The position numbers and the translations under genes were made by a program. From IMG/VR virus record IMGVR_UViG_3300025704_000003: a stretch of 64,000 nt of DNA; one strand, written 5' to 3'. The notes under the pieces were generated by a model. It ran no database searches. It was not told the origin of the DNA and worked only from the letters and a program-made list of their open reading frames with translations. The DNA comes from a virus. Positions 36,588-45,182 of this stretch are shown one piece after another (position 1 is the first letter of the stretch; the number at the start of each line of letters is the position of its first letter).

Positions 36588-36621
36588 AAAGGGAGGCACC
36601 TAGGAAGGCCTCCCTTTTGAT
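36588..36621. terminator. bidirectional terminator
   Basis: AAAGGGAGGC-N10-GCCTCCCTTT between convergent genes. Confidence 0.8.
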
Positions 36622-38580
36622 TTATTGAACAAGCGCAAACCCGTCATTATTATTACCGGTTGCAACTGCAGTAGTAGTGGAGCTATTACTGTTATCAGTG
36701 TTGCTATTATCGATATTATTAATAACTACCTGCTGAAAGTTTTTGCCCAGTTCGCTTGCTATAGCTTGTACAGCCTGAAGAGCCGCTGCCGTTTCAGAAT
36801 CTCTTGTGCTAACGCGTTCTGCTGTAGAAGAATTATTAGCATTAATTCTAGATCGAGCTACGGCCCGTGATGAGTCGTCTCCTAGACCCACAGAAAATGT
36901 TGGCATTACTTCAAACGGAAATCTGTCTTTTATAAAGTCTGGAATAAGGCTTGATGTTGGTTTAGGTATTGTTATTCCAGGGAAGCTGAATTGCAATGAT
37001 TCAGATAATATAATATATAATTCATCACCAAGGTTATTAATAAAATTAAACACTTTATCAAAAGCATTTTTAAATCCATTAGTGATTCGTGTTACCTGGT
37101 AATTAAATTCAGCTGCGACTAGATCTCTCATTAGTCCAAAGTTATCGCCGACAAACCTTACTACGTTTTTGATTCCATTCCATACTGGATCAACCATGTC
37201 AGTAAAACTAAATCCTCTTAAGATTTCTGCAGCGTTTTCCATACCAAACTTTTCAAGCAACCAGGCAGGTATCGTTATAAAGAGCAAGTCAAACGCTTCG
37301 GTAATACCTTTAACTACCCCAAGAAGACCTCCTTCAATACCTGCTATTAACTTCTCTCCGAAGGTAGCGCCTTCTTCTTCGCTAGTAAATCCGTCATAAA
37401 ACCCTGTAACAAAATCTATAACGCTTATCAATATTTGCGTAAAGGGTCTCAATACGGTTTTCAATACAAGCTCTATAGGCTTAAGTAAAGGTTTTAAAAA
37501 TCCATAAGCTTTATCAAGGAAATCAGTAACTTTACCAAATGCACCAGCGAACTTCTCGGCAATACTAACACCGTCTTCTCCTACGCCAAATGATATTTTT
37601 GGAAACTTAGGTAATTCAAGATCAATTTTACTTACATAGTCACCGACGGCACTTAAAAATCCTATCTTAGGAATTTCTGGGACCTTAAGATCTATTTTAC
37701 TTATTTTGTCACCAGCCTGATTTAAAAAACTTATTGCTGGTACTGACAATTTAAATTTAATATTATCAATAAATTTACCAGCGTCATCGATAAAATTGAT
37801 TGCTGGCAACTTAATTTTAAAATCGATAAAGTTAGTTATTGCTTTACCAGCATCATCGACAAAATTAATTACTGGTAGCTTGATCTTATAGTCAATAAAA
37901 TCTGCTATCTTTGTTCCAGCAGCGTCAACAAAATTGATTACTGGTAGCTTGATCTTGTAATCTATAAAGTCACTAATCTTTGTTCCAGCTGCATCAACAA
38001 AATTGATTACTGGTAGCCTAATTTTAAAATCAATAAATTCACCAATGGCCTCACCAGCAGAGGTAATAAATCTAGGAATAGGAATTTGCGGCAATTTTAT
38101 TTTACCCCAGCTCCCATCTTCAAATGTTATTTTAGGTAATTTAGGCAGCTTAAACTCTGTTATAGATTTTAGCGAGGTTCCAAGTGCGGTAAGAGACGCT
38201 TTTGCATTTTTAACTAGTCTAGGAAGATCTAAAGCTTTAAGAGCAGCATCAAAGCCGGTAAGCGATGCTAAAGATGCAATGCCCAATGGGCTAGTTAACA
38301 GTCTTAGTGCACCATATAAAGAAGCAAGATCTCCTAAACCAATAGAGCCAGTAGTTTTTTCAAGAGCCTTACTAATACCAGCTCCGGTAGTACCACCGGT
38401 TTTACTACTGCCTTCTATCTTATCTTCTAGGCTATCTCCACCAAAAAATTTTCTTACAAGTACGCCAGTTAAATCATCGACCGATTTAGTCGTTTCCGTT
38501 TGAGCGTCAATAAGGTCATCGGTCTGCTTCATTTCTGAACGCATAACGTGTATAAGATCGTTTAGTGTTGTATCAGCCAT
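36622..38580 (-). CDS. tape-measure-like (gp29 position) protein with 23-aa repeats
   Basis: 652 aa, amphipathic helical; follows gp26/gp51. Confidence 0.6.
   Translation of the reverse strand: MADTTLNDLIHVMRSEMKQTDDLIDAQTETTKSVDDLTGVLVRKFFGGDSLEDKIEGSSKTGGTTGAGISKALEKTTGSIGLGDLASLYGALRLLTSPLGIASLASLTGFDAALKALDLPRLVKNAKASLTALGTSLKSITEFKLPKLPKITFEDGSWGKIKLPQIPIPRFITSAGEAIGEFIDFKIRLPVINFVDAAGTKISDFIDYKIKLPVINFVDAAGTKIADFIDYKIKLPVINFVDDAGKAITNFIDFKIKLPAINFIDDAGKFIDNIKFKLSVPAISFLNQAGDKISKIDLKVPEIPKIGFLSAVGDYVSKIDLELPKFPKISFGVGEDGVSIAEKFAGAFGKVTDFLDKAYGFLKPLLKPIELVLKTVLRPFTQILISVIDFVTGFYDGFTSEEEGATFGEKLIAGIEGGLLGVVKGITEAFDLLFITIPAWLLEKFGMENAAEILRGFSFTDMVDPVWNGIKNVVRFVGDNFGLMRDLVAAEFNYQVTRITNGFKNAFDKVFNFINNLGDELYIILSESLQFSFPGITIPKPTSSLIPDFIKDRFPFEVMPTFSVGLGDDSSRAVARSRINANNSSTAERVSTRDSETAAALQAVQAIASELGKNFQQVVINNIDNSNTDNSNSSTTTAVATGNNNDGFALVQ
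37770..38060 (-). repeat. 69-bp coding tandem repeats
   Basis: about four copies of (Y/F)KIKLPVINFVDAAGTKIxDFID. Confidence 0.85.
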
Positions 38581-38715
38581 TTATTTGCTCAAACTCTTGT
38601 CTCTTGCTCTCTCATTTTCTTCTTTAATATGTTCAATAAGCAGTGTTAAATAAATTTCCCTCTCCCAGGGTACCATGTTTTCTATTTCAGATAACGAATA
38701 ATGGTGATGTTGCAT
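38581..38715 (-). CDS. gp51: baseplate hub assembly protein gp51-like (not in ORF track)
   Basis: MQHHHYSLSEIENMVPWEREIY; frame is open further upstream to the gp26 stop region. Confidence 0.8.
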   Translation of the reverse strand: MQHHHYSLSEIENMVPWEREIYLTLLIEHIKEENERARDKSLSK

Positions 38716-38768
38716 CAAAGCAAAATTCGTTTTAAAATATCCAACTAATGATTCATGAGAAAGGCATA

Positions 38769-39470
38769 TTACAAAAAATCGTTCATACCCTGGAGCGTCA
38801 TATGATTTTCATGTCCGCATGATTTACACTTATAATCTAGCTCGTGCTTTAGGGTTGGCATTGCCTCAACAAATTCGCGAATCTTTGAAAACTGATCTCC
38901 ACTTAGTGATTCGATAAACTCCATAATCTCTTCTTCAGATTCATCTCTAAAATCAATTCTTTCTTGTGGAGTCTCAACTGCTTCAATGCAACGAGAAACC
39001 ATTTTAAATGTCATTTCTGTTTGCGATTCAAATTGTCCAAGATCTAAAAGATCGTTATATCTAGGCCAACGCAACGATAGCGTAAGCTCATCAGTAATAG
39101 CCACCTTTGACTCTATTTCTGGCACTTCAATTTGAATAGCTTCGATAGGAATAATAGCGTCATTTGATGTTTCGCATTCACTACATTTTAAACCTACCTT
39201 TGTAGTTTCACCTACTGACTTAGCTCGAATACGTGTAAACAAGTATTCTACATCAAACGTTGTAAGTTTGTTTTTGTCAATAGTATCCTGTACGCACGAT
39301 TCAATGGTGTCAACAACGGCATTCATTGCTTGACCTTGATCCTGAGATTCCATCGCAAGCATAAGAACCTTTTCTTCTTTTACAAGGTACGGTCTAAATC
39401 TTACTGCTTGTTTCGTTGAGGGTATTACTACGTCATACTTTGGTACATTATTAATTTTTGGTAAAGCCAT
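38769..39470 (-). CDS. gp26: baseplate hub assembly protein gp26
   Basis: MALPK..P.Y, RPYLVKEEK, FDVEYLF.RIRAKSVGE, two CxxC. Confidence 0.9.
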   Translation of the reverse strand: MALPKINNVPKYDVVIPSTKQAVRFRPYLVKEEKVLMLAMESQDQGQAMNAVVDTIESCVQDTIDKNKLTTFDVEYLFTRIRAKSVGETTKVGLKCSECETSNDAIIPIEAIQIEVPEIESKVAITDELTLSLRWPRYNDLLDLGQFESQTEMTFKMVSRCIEAVETPQERIDFRDESEEEIMEFIESLSGDQFSKIREFVEAMPTLKHELDYKCKSCGHENHMTLQGMNDFL

Positions 39471-40057
39471 TATACAGATCTCCAGTCTTTATATGATAAT
39501 TGCACATTCAATTCAACCATTCCATTTTGTTCGTTATTAAACTGTATAGCGTTCATGGTTGTAGGAAACGCCTTGTCTAATACGCATGTGTACACAGATT
39601 TTGCACTCGTAAATAAATCAATATCTATGTCTACGTTCAGCTGCCCGATATTAAAATTAATATCAATCGGAAGATCAAGAGCAGCGCCTTTTTCTAATTG
39701 TTCTATTCTCACTTCAAAACCATATTCGTCAGGATAATTCAAATCTTTAGTATCAAAGTTTATAATAAGACTTTGCCAATATTCAAAATACTCTTTGACC
39801 GCATAATCATTTGTAACATGAAACGTCAATGTCACATCATCCTGAGCATACATATATGCTTGCTTAACTTGTTTCATACCAACGATACGTTCATTCGTAA
39901 GTATCTGGCGACCTGGAAGCTGCACGTCTTTACACAATAAATTTAATTGACGAGTACTGACGATACCAGGTAAAGCAGGAAGATATACTCTAAATAAATT
40001 AGGGGAAGCAATGCCACGGCTAATTGCACCTTTAAGTTCATCTACAGAAAATGACAT
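39470..40057 (-). CDS. tail tube-like / baseplate tube initiator (gp54/gp19 fold)
   Basis: PNLFRV, LCKDVQLPGR, W...I, AFPTTM; start trimmed to ATG 40057. Confidence 0.7.
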   Translation of the reverse strand: MSFSVDELKGAISRGIASPNLFRVYLPALPGIVSTRQLNLLCKDVQLPGRQILTNERIVGMKQVKQAYMYAQDDVTLTFHVTNDYAVKEYFEYWQSLIINFDTKDLNYPDEYGFEVRIEQLEKGAALDLPIDINFNIGQLNVDIDIDLFTSAKSVYTCVLDKAFPTTMNAIQFNNEQNGMVELNVQLSYKDWRSV

Positions 40058-40641
40058 TAGATAGCAGCCCTTGAATCTTTGTATACAGTAGATTTGCCAG
40101 ACTTTTGAAAATCTGCGGTTGGTAGAAACGTAGCGATCTCCCACTCAGGCGGAGGTACGTATGCAAACCTACTTCTTACATTTGAATTAAGATAGTGTTT
40201 AAAGCATGGCTTAAAATATTTTAACTTCGAAGCTCTTTTAAGTGTATTGTACGTCGCCTGGAATTTTGTAGTCTCATCATATTTTCTATTGTTTGTTATA
40301 TCCATAAGACTATCTAACATTTTTGCACGTAGTGGTACAGGTAGATAATGTAGATTTAATCCATAGAATCCGCCTGGTGCAGGACCAACCACTACTGTCA
40401 ACGGAAAGCTATCGTAATACGGCAGGTCATCCTTTGTTTTAGGATCGTAAAAGAACATATACATGTTGCCTGCAATGCCACGATTCTTTAGCTCAATAGG
40501 ATCTTCCTTCATCAATTGAGAACGATTGACTTTACCCATAGCTTGCGCTTTGCGTCTAAACCAATTCATTGACTCTTTTGTGCGAGGATTGATCCCTGCT
40601 CTAAATGCTTCATATTCTAGTTTTTGAAATATATTTGCCAT
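40057..40641 (-). CDS. gp2: DNA end protector protein gp2
   Basis: YDPKTK..LPYYD.FPL, GLNLHYLP, PCFKHYL. Confidence 0.9.
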   Translation of the reverse strand: MANIFQKLEYEAFRAGINPRTKESMNWFRRKAQAMGKVNRSQLMKEDPIELKNRGIAGNMYMFFYDPKTKDDLPYYDSFPLTVVVGPAPGGFYGLNLHYLPVPLRAKMLDSLMDITNNRKYDETTKFQATYNTLKRASKLKYFKPCFKHYLNSNVRSRFAYVPPPEWEIATFLPTADFQKSGKSTVYKDSRAAI

Positions 40642-40646
40642 ACGAG

Positions 40647-40654
40647 TATTTATA
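40647..40654 (-). promoter_or_regulatory. T4-type late promoter
   Basis: TATAAATA on minus strand, 5 nt before gp2 ATG. Confidence 0.75.
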
Positions 40655-40656
40655 TG

Positions 40657-41139
40657 TTATTTTTTCTTTTTTCTCACAGGACCTAGCGGCTTTAATTTCT
40701 TCAGCGGTTTAGGCATAATACCCATGTTCTGCAATGTATGCTCGGTCCATACTTGAAATTCCCAGTTACGATCCTTTGCAAAACTGTTTGCGGCTTCCCA
40801 TTTGTTCATATTCTTGACATATGTAAATGCTTCTGTGATATAACGCTTTGTTCGTTTAGAGCCGGTAGGTGGTTTAGTCTCTTTATCAGGTTTAATCTCT
40901 ACAAGTATAGTACGATCTTCTAAGACAATTTTAAGATCAGGAAAGTAACGATGATAACGTTTATCGCCATCATAATAATATGGTACAACTATCTCTTCGC
41001 TAGACCAGCCCTTTACTTTAGGATTATCATCACACCATTTAAAGCAATGCCTTTCCCACATTGATCTAAATACAATGTTAGTATGATCTCCATTGTATTT
41101 CTTTGGGTTCTTTGGTTTGTATTTGCCTGAGTATGCCAT
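40657..41139 (-). CDS. gp4: head completion nuclease gp4
   Basis: MAYSGKY.PKNP.KY.GD, RSMWE, WSSEE, RYFPD, EIKP, KWEAA. Confidence 0.92.
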   Translation of the reverse strand: MAYSGKYKPKNPKKYNGDHTNIVFRSMWERHCFKWCDDNPKVKGWSSEEIVVPYYYDGDKRYHRYFPDLKIVLEDRTILVEIKPDKETKPPTGSKRTKRYITEAFTYVKNMNKWEAANSFAKDRNWEFQVWTEHTLQNMGIMPKPLKKLKPLGPVRKKKK

Positions 41140-41148
41140 AAGTTTCCA

Positions 41149-41181
41149 TATAAATAGTCATAAGTTTTTTAAGTATTTATT
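41149..41181. promoter_or_regulatory. divergent late promoters
   Basis: TATAAATA (+) 41149-41156; AATAAATA (-) 41174-41181. Confidence 0.7.
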
Positions 41182-41190
41182 GGAAAAAAT

Positions 41191-42162
41191 ATGCCAAAAT
41201 ATAAATTTCCTCTCGAGAATCAGGATGACTATAAAGGTGTAATCTATTTTACGCAGCTTATAGAAATTCCACCTACGATCAAAACTGATGCCTTTCAACG
41301 GCAGATGGATAATGAAGGCGGCGGTGGCACAGATATACGAGATCTCGGTGATATATTCTTTAGCAGCCTTCAATCGGGGTCTGTCACAACCGGTGAGACC
41401 GTACAATTATATTTACCTGCAGCAATTGCTGTACAAGATGGCGTAGAGTTTGACAATACATTTTCTTTTGGAATTGCTGGTGAAGCGGCACGTCAAAGTC
41501 TAAGCAGAGGCAGCGGATCGGTTCTTGGCGGAGCTTTGTCTTCGGCATTAGGCACAGGTGGTATCGGTTCTATCTTATCGAATTTGAATAGTCCAGATAT
41601 TGCACGTGTAGCTGCAGCCGGAGCCGCTAAAAAATTAGGTTCAACTGCAGGAGGTGTGGTATCAAGTGCGACAGGTACAGTAGTTAATCCTAATATTCGT
41701 GCGGTGTTTAAATCTGTTAGACCTAGAGAGCATTCGTTCTCATTTAAATTCTTACCAAGGTCACAAAGAGAAGCAAGAGAAATAGGTGACATTGTCGACT
41801 GGTTTAGGCAAGAGATATATCCAGAACCTATCAAGGTCGTCGCTGGTGGCCGAAGTCTACCAGTCGGATATAAGTTCCCAAATAAAATGGGTATTCGTAT
41901 GAGATACGGAAATAAAGATATTGGAGCACAACTTCTTCCAGCTTATATACAATCAATGAATACAAACTATAACGCAACTACTATGTCGTTCTATCGTGAC
42001 GGTGAATTTAGTGAAATAGATTTGACACTTAACTTGGTTGAATTTAGAACATTAGATAAAGATGATATTAAACACGGATTTAATGTTTACGGTAAAAACT
42101 TTAAAGACATTTATGAAGAATTTTTTAATAGTTTAACTAACGACGCAGAAGGACCTCCATAA
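41191..42162 (+). CDS. gp48: baseplate tail tube cap gp48
   Basis: YKFP, LYLP, NP....F.....R..SF.F.F.PRS..EA, DL.L...E. Confidence 0.8.
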   Translation: MPKYKFPLENQDDYKGVIYFTQLIEIPPTIKTDAFQRQMDNEGGGGTDIRDLGDIFFSSLQSGSVTTGETVQLYLPAAIAVQDGVEFDNTFSFGIAGEAARQSLSRGSGSVLGGALSSALGTGGIGSILSNLNSPDIARVAAAGAAKKLGSTAGGVVSSATGTVVNPNIRAVFKSVRPREHSFSFKFLPRSQREAREIGDIVDWFRQEIYPEPIKVVAGGRSLPVGYKFPNKMGIRMRYGNKDIGAQLLPAYIQSMNTNYNATTMSFYRDGEFSEIDLTLNLVEFRTLDKDDIKHGFNVYGKNFKDIYEEFFNSLTNDAEGPP

Positions 42163-42899
42163 TGTCTACTTATTTTAAAAACTTTCCGCTGACTGATTAT
42201 AATTTTGGATTAAACATTCCTTCTGTTAGATTTCAGAATCTAAGTGCATATGTAGATGTTATTGATCAGATTAAGGATAATCTATCGTTTTATACATATC
42301 ATAATATTCAAGAAGGCGACAGACCTGACCAGGTATCACAGCAGCTATATGGTTCTACAGATTTTTATTGGACGTTCTTTCTATTGAATAGTACTCTTAG
42401 AGAACAAGGGTGGCCTTTATCTTATGACACACTTTTAAAACTAATTAATAAACAATTTCCTGATACTGTCGTCGAAACACGAAGCAATCTCACCGGTATT
42501 TTTAAGGTTGGTCAAACTGTAACTGGTTCCACATCAGGTGAAACCGGCATTATCGTGCATAGAAACTTAGATCTCGGGCAGTTAACGATTAAAGGAACAA
42601 AGTATTTTAATGGATCTGAGGTTCTTACCTCACAGGTTGGCGAGGAAGTCCAGTCTATTACACTGATTAGTTCTATCTCAGAAAAGAATGCGACACGGTA
42701 TTGGGAAACCGTTGTCAACGATAAGAAAGAGCAGGTCGATATCAATCCATATGACGCAAGACCTAGTGCATATACACCTATTAGTAATTTTGATTACTTT
42801 ATTACAAAGAATGACGAGCTTAAATCAATTAGTGTATTGAAGCCTGATGTTGTTCGTGATGTATTTAATGAATACCAGGATAAATTTTTAGATGCCTGA
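42162..42899 (+). CDS. gp53: baseplate wedge protein gp53
   Basis: YFKNFP, GDRPDQVS..LYG...YW, WPLS. Confidence 0.85.
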   Translation: MSTYFKNFPLTDYNFGLNIPSVRFQNLSAYVDVIDQIKDNLSFYTYHNIQEGDRPDQVSQQLYGSTDFYWTFFLLNSTLREQGWPLSYDTLLKLINKQFPDTVVETRSNLTGIFKVGQTVTGSTSGETGIIVHRNLDLGQLTIKGTKYFNGSEVLTSQVGEEVQSITLISSISEKNATRYWETVVNDKKEQVDINPYDARPSAYTPISNFDYFITKNDELKSISVLKPDVVRDVFNEYQDKFLDA

Positions 42900-44292
42900 T
42901 TATGTACCAAACGATCCGCATGAGTATGAATTAGAATCTATTATACTCTCAACTCAGCGTAATGCTCATGATGTAGATATTACTACATCTATGGTTGAAC
43001 TTGAGATCTTTGAGCATCTCGATAGAGCTTATTTGACAGGATCTTTGACATTTGTCGATGGCGGCCGTGTTATTGAAATCATAGATTTTCAGGGTACAGA
43101 ATACGTTGATATACAACTAAAGCTGCATAATACTTCGCATAGGGTAGTTAAACGGTTTATCGTAAGGCAGGTTAATTCCATTGTTCCTTCAACCGATACT
43201 ACAGACGTTGTTACTCTTGCACTTATTGATTACGATGCATACTACAGCTCGCTTGTGAATGTAAATAAAATGTATGAGGGTAAGCCAAGTAAAATTATCG
43301 GTGATATATTACGAGATAATTATGGATCAAGTAAAAGAGTATCTAGAGCAGGTGAAGCTAATATCCTACAAGAACAAAACTGGGATACAGCAAGCGAAAT
43401 ACCTGAAGTAGCTGCACAAGCTATTACAAAATCTACGTCGTATGAATTACAATCTGCATTTAGATATATCGTGCCAAACTTAACGCCGCTCGAAGCCATT
43501 GAGGTTATTAAGAAAAGAACTACCGGTTTAACTGGTACACCATTCTTTTGCTTTGCATCACTTGCTGATAATAACTTTAGATTCTTTGATCTATACACGC
43601 TCATACAACAACCACCGATTAATGTAGATGGTCCGTATTTTTATTCTGGTCAGTTAACACAATCATTGCCAAGCAGCGGTTCAGACTTAAGTAAATCTAT
43701 ATCTCATATGAAAACACCAAAGAATGCTAATACACTAGAACTAATTGGTAATGGCGATGTAGGTGCTTTGTATGAATTTGTAGACACGACACATGGATTA
43801 GAGTTTAACGTTGCCTATGATTTAGACAAAGTAATGAAAAATCTATTACAAACTAATGCATATCCTGCAGCTGATACAAGAACAACCTTTAATGAAATTC
43901 CTATTAGCGAATATAAGTCAAAGCGTGTACATAAGATCGCTACAGCAAATACGTACTACGATTCAAGGAATATATATGAAGAGAGTTCGGCATCAAAGCA
44001 CGCAGCAAAGAGTATCCAGAAATCAGTACGCAATCTTCTTGGTAAATCTATATTAGAAATAACGGTACCTGGCCTTAACTTCATGCCACAAGGCGGCCAT
44101 AAAACTATTGGAAGAACCTTGTCAGTCGTTTCTATTGCTGACATTACTCAACACAGAGAGATATATGATCGCAAACGTAGCGGCGACTATTTAGTATATG
44201 CTTCTAAACATTCGTTCACGCAAGACAGATATAGCGTTGGGTTAAGTCTTGTAAAGATCGCTAATTACAGAGGAAACACTGCAGTCAGATGA
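42892..44292 (+). CDS. baseplate hub protein (gp27-like)
   Basis: position before gp5; IFEHL...YLTG, C-terminal SGDYLV...H. Confidence 0.65.
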   Translation: MPDYVPNDPHEYELESIILSTQRNAHDVDITTSMVELEIFEHLDRAYLTGSLTFVDGGRVIEIIDFQGTEYVDIQLKLHNTSHRVVKRFIVRQVNSIVPSTDTTDVVTLALIDYDAYYSSLVNVNKMYEGKPSKIIGDILRDNYGSSKRVSRAGEANILQEQNWDTASEIPEVAAQAITKSTSYELQSAFRYIVPNLTPLEAIEVIKKRTTGLTGTPFFCFASLADNNFRFFDLYTLIQQPPINVDGPYFYSGQLTQSLPSSGSDLSKSISHMKTPKNANTLELIGNGDVGALYEFVDTTHGLEFNVAYDLDKVMKNLLQTNAYPAADTRTTFNEIPISEYKSKRVHKIATANTYYDSRNIYEESSASKHAAKSIQKSVRNLLGKSILEITVPGLNFMPQGGHKTIGRTLSVVSIADITQHREIYDRKRSGDYLVYASKHSFTQDRYSVGLSLVKIANYRGNTAVR

Positions 44293-45182
44293 TGGAACAT
44301 TACGGAGATAACGTAAGGTGGTTTATTGGTGTAGCAACTAATAATCTAGATCCTCTGCAACTGGGAAGAGTGCAGGTGAGAATTTTTGGTATTCATTCCA
44401 GAGATCATATTGCTATTCCTAATCATGCATTACCATGGGCGACTGTCTTACAGGGTACACATTCAGGCGGTACATCGGGTATCGGTATGCTGCCACAAAT
44501 TTTACCAGGTGCACAGGTATTTGGTATGTTTTTAGACGGTAAAGAATCACAATTGCCATGCGTCGTTGGCGTAATGCCAAAGATTGAAATACCATCTGAA
44601 CAGCAGTTATCAGGTATGCAGCTAAAGACTTCCACGTATAGCATAGGTTATGGCGTCGGTCAAGTAGATCCTGCTCTTGCAAGAGCAGCTGGCCTTACGA
44701 CTGAACCCAATGTAGTACCAATCGGTGCTGGTACAGTTGGCTCTACAAATGTTGAAAGAGCGTTTAATTACTTTACGAGTCGAGGCTTTAGCGAAAAGCA
44801 AGCTGCAGGTATGGTCGGCAATTTAATTGTAGAATCAGGAACTGAATTACCTCCACACGGGCCCAGGGGAGACGGTGGGAAGGCTGCAGGTATTGCACAA
44901 TGGCATCCTGGCCGTAGAAATATATTTGAACAGGTTTATGGTAAACCATGGCAATCTAGTACGTTTGAAGATCAATTGCAGTTTATCGTATGGGAATTAA
45001 ATAACGCTGATAGTCATTCAGGCAGTTTAAATAAAAAAGCTGGTGATGCTTTAAAACAAGCAAACACGGTACAAACTGCAGCAACCATATTTGATGCGCA
45101 ATACGAAAGAAGTTCTGGCGCTGCAAGATCTCGTAGGATCAACAGCGGATTGGCTGTATATGAGGAATATGCAAATGGTTAG
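44289..45182 (+). CDS. gp5: gp5 N-terminal OB domain fused to phage tail lysozyme domain
   Basis: WFIGV...DPLQLGRVQVRIFGIH, LPWA, VFGMFLDG; QAAGMVGNLIVES, GIAQW, YER. Confidence 0.85.
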   Translation: MMEHYGDNVRWFIGVATNNLDPLQLGRVQVRIFGIHSRDHIAIPNHALPWATVLQGTHSGGTSGIGMLPQILPGAQVFGMFLDGKESQLPCVVGVMPKIEIPSEQQLSGMQLKTSTYSIGYGVGQVDPALARAAGLTTEPNVVPIGAGTVGSTNVERAFNYFTSRGFSEKQAAGMVGNLIVESGTELPPHGPRGDGGKAAGIAQWHPGRRNIFEQVYGKPWQSSTFEDQLQFIVWELNNADSHSGSLNKKAGDALKQANTVQTAATIFDAQYERSSGAARSRRINSGLAVYEEYANG

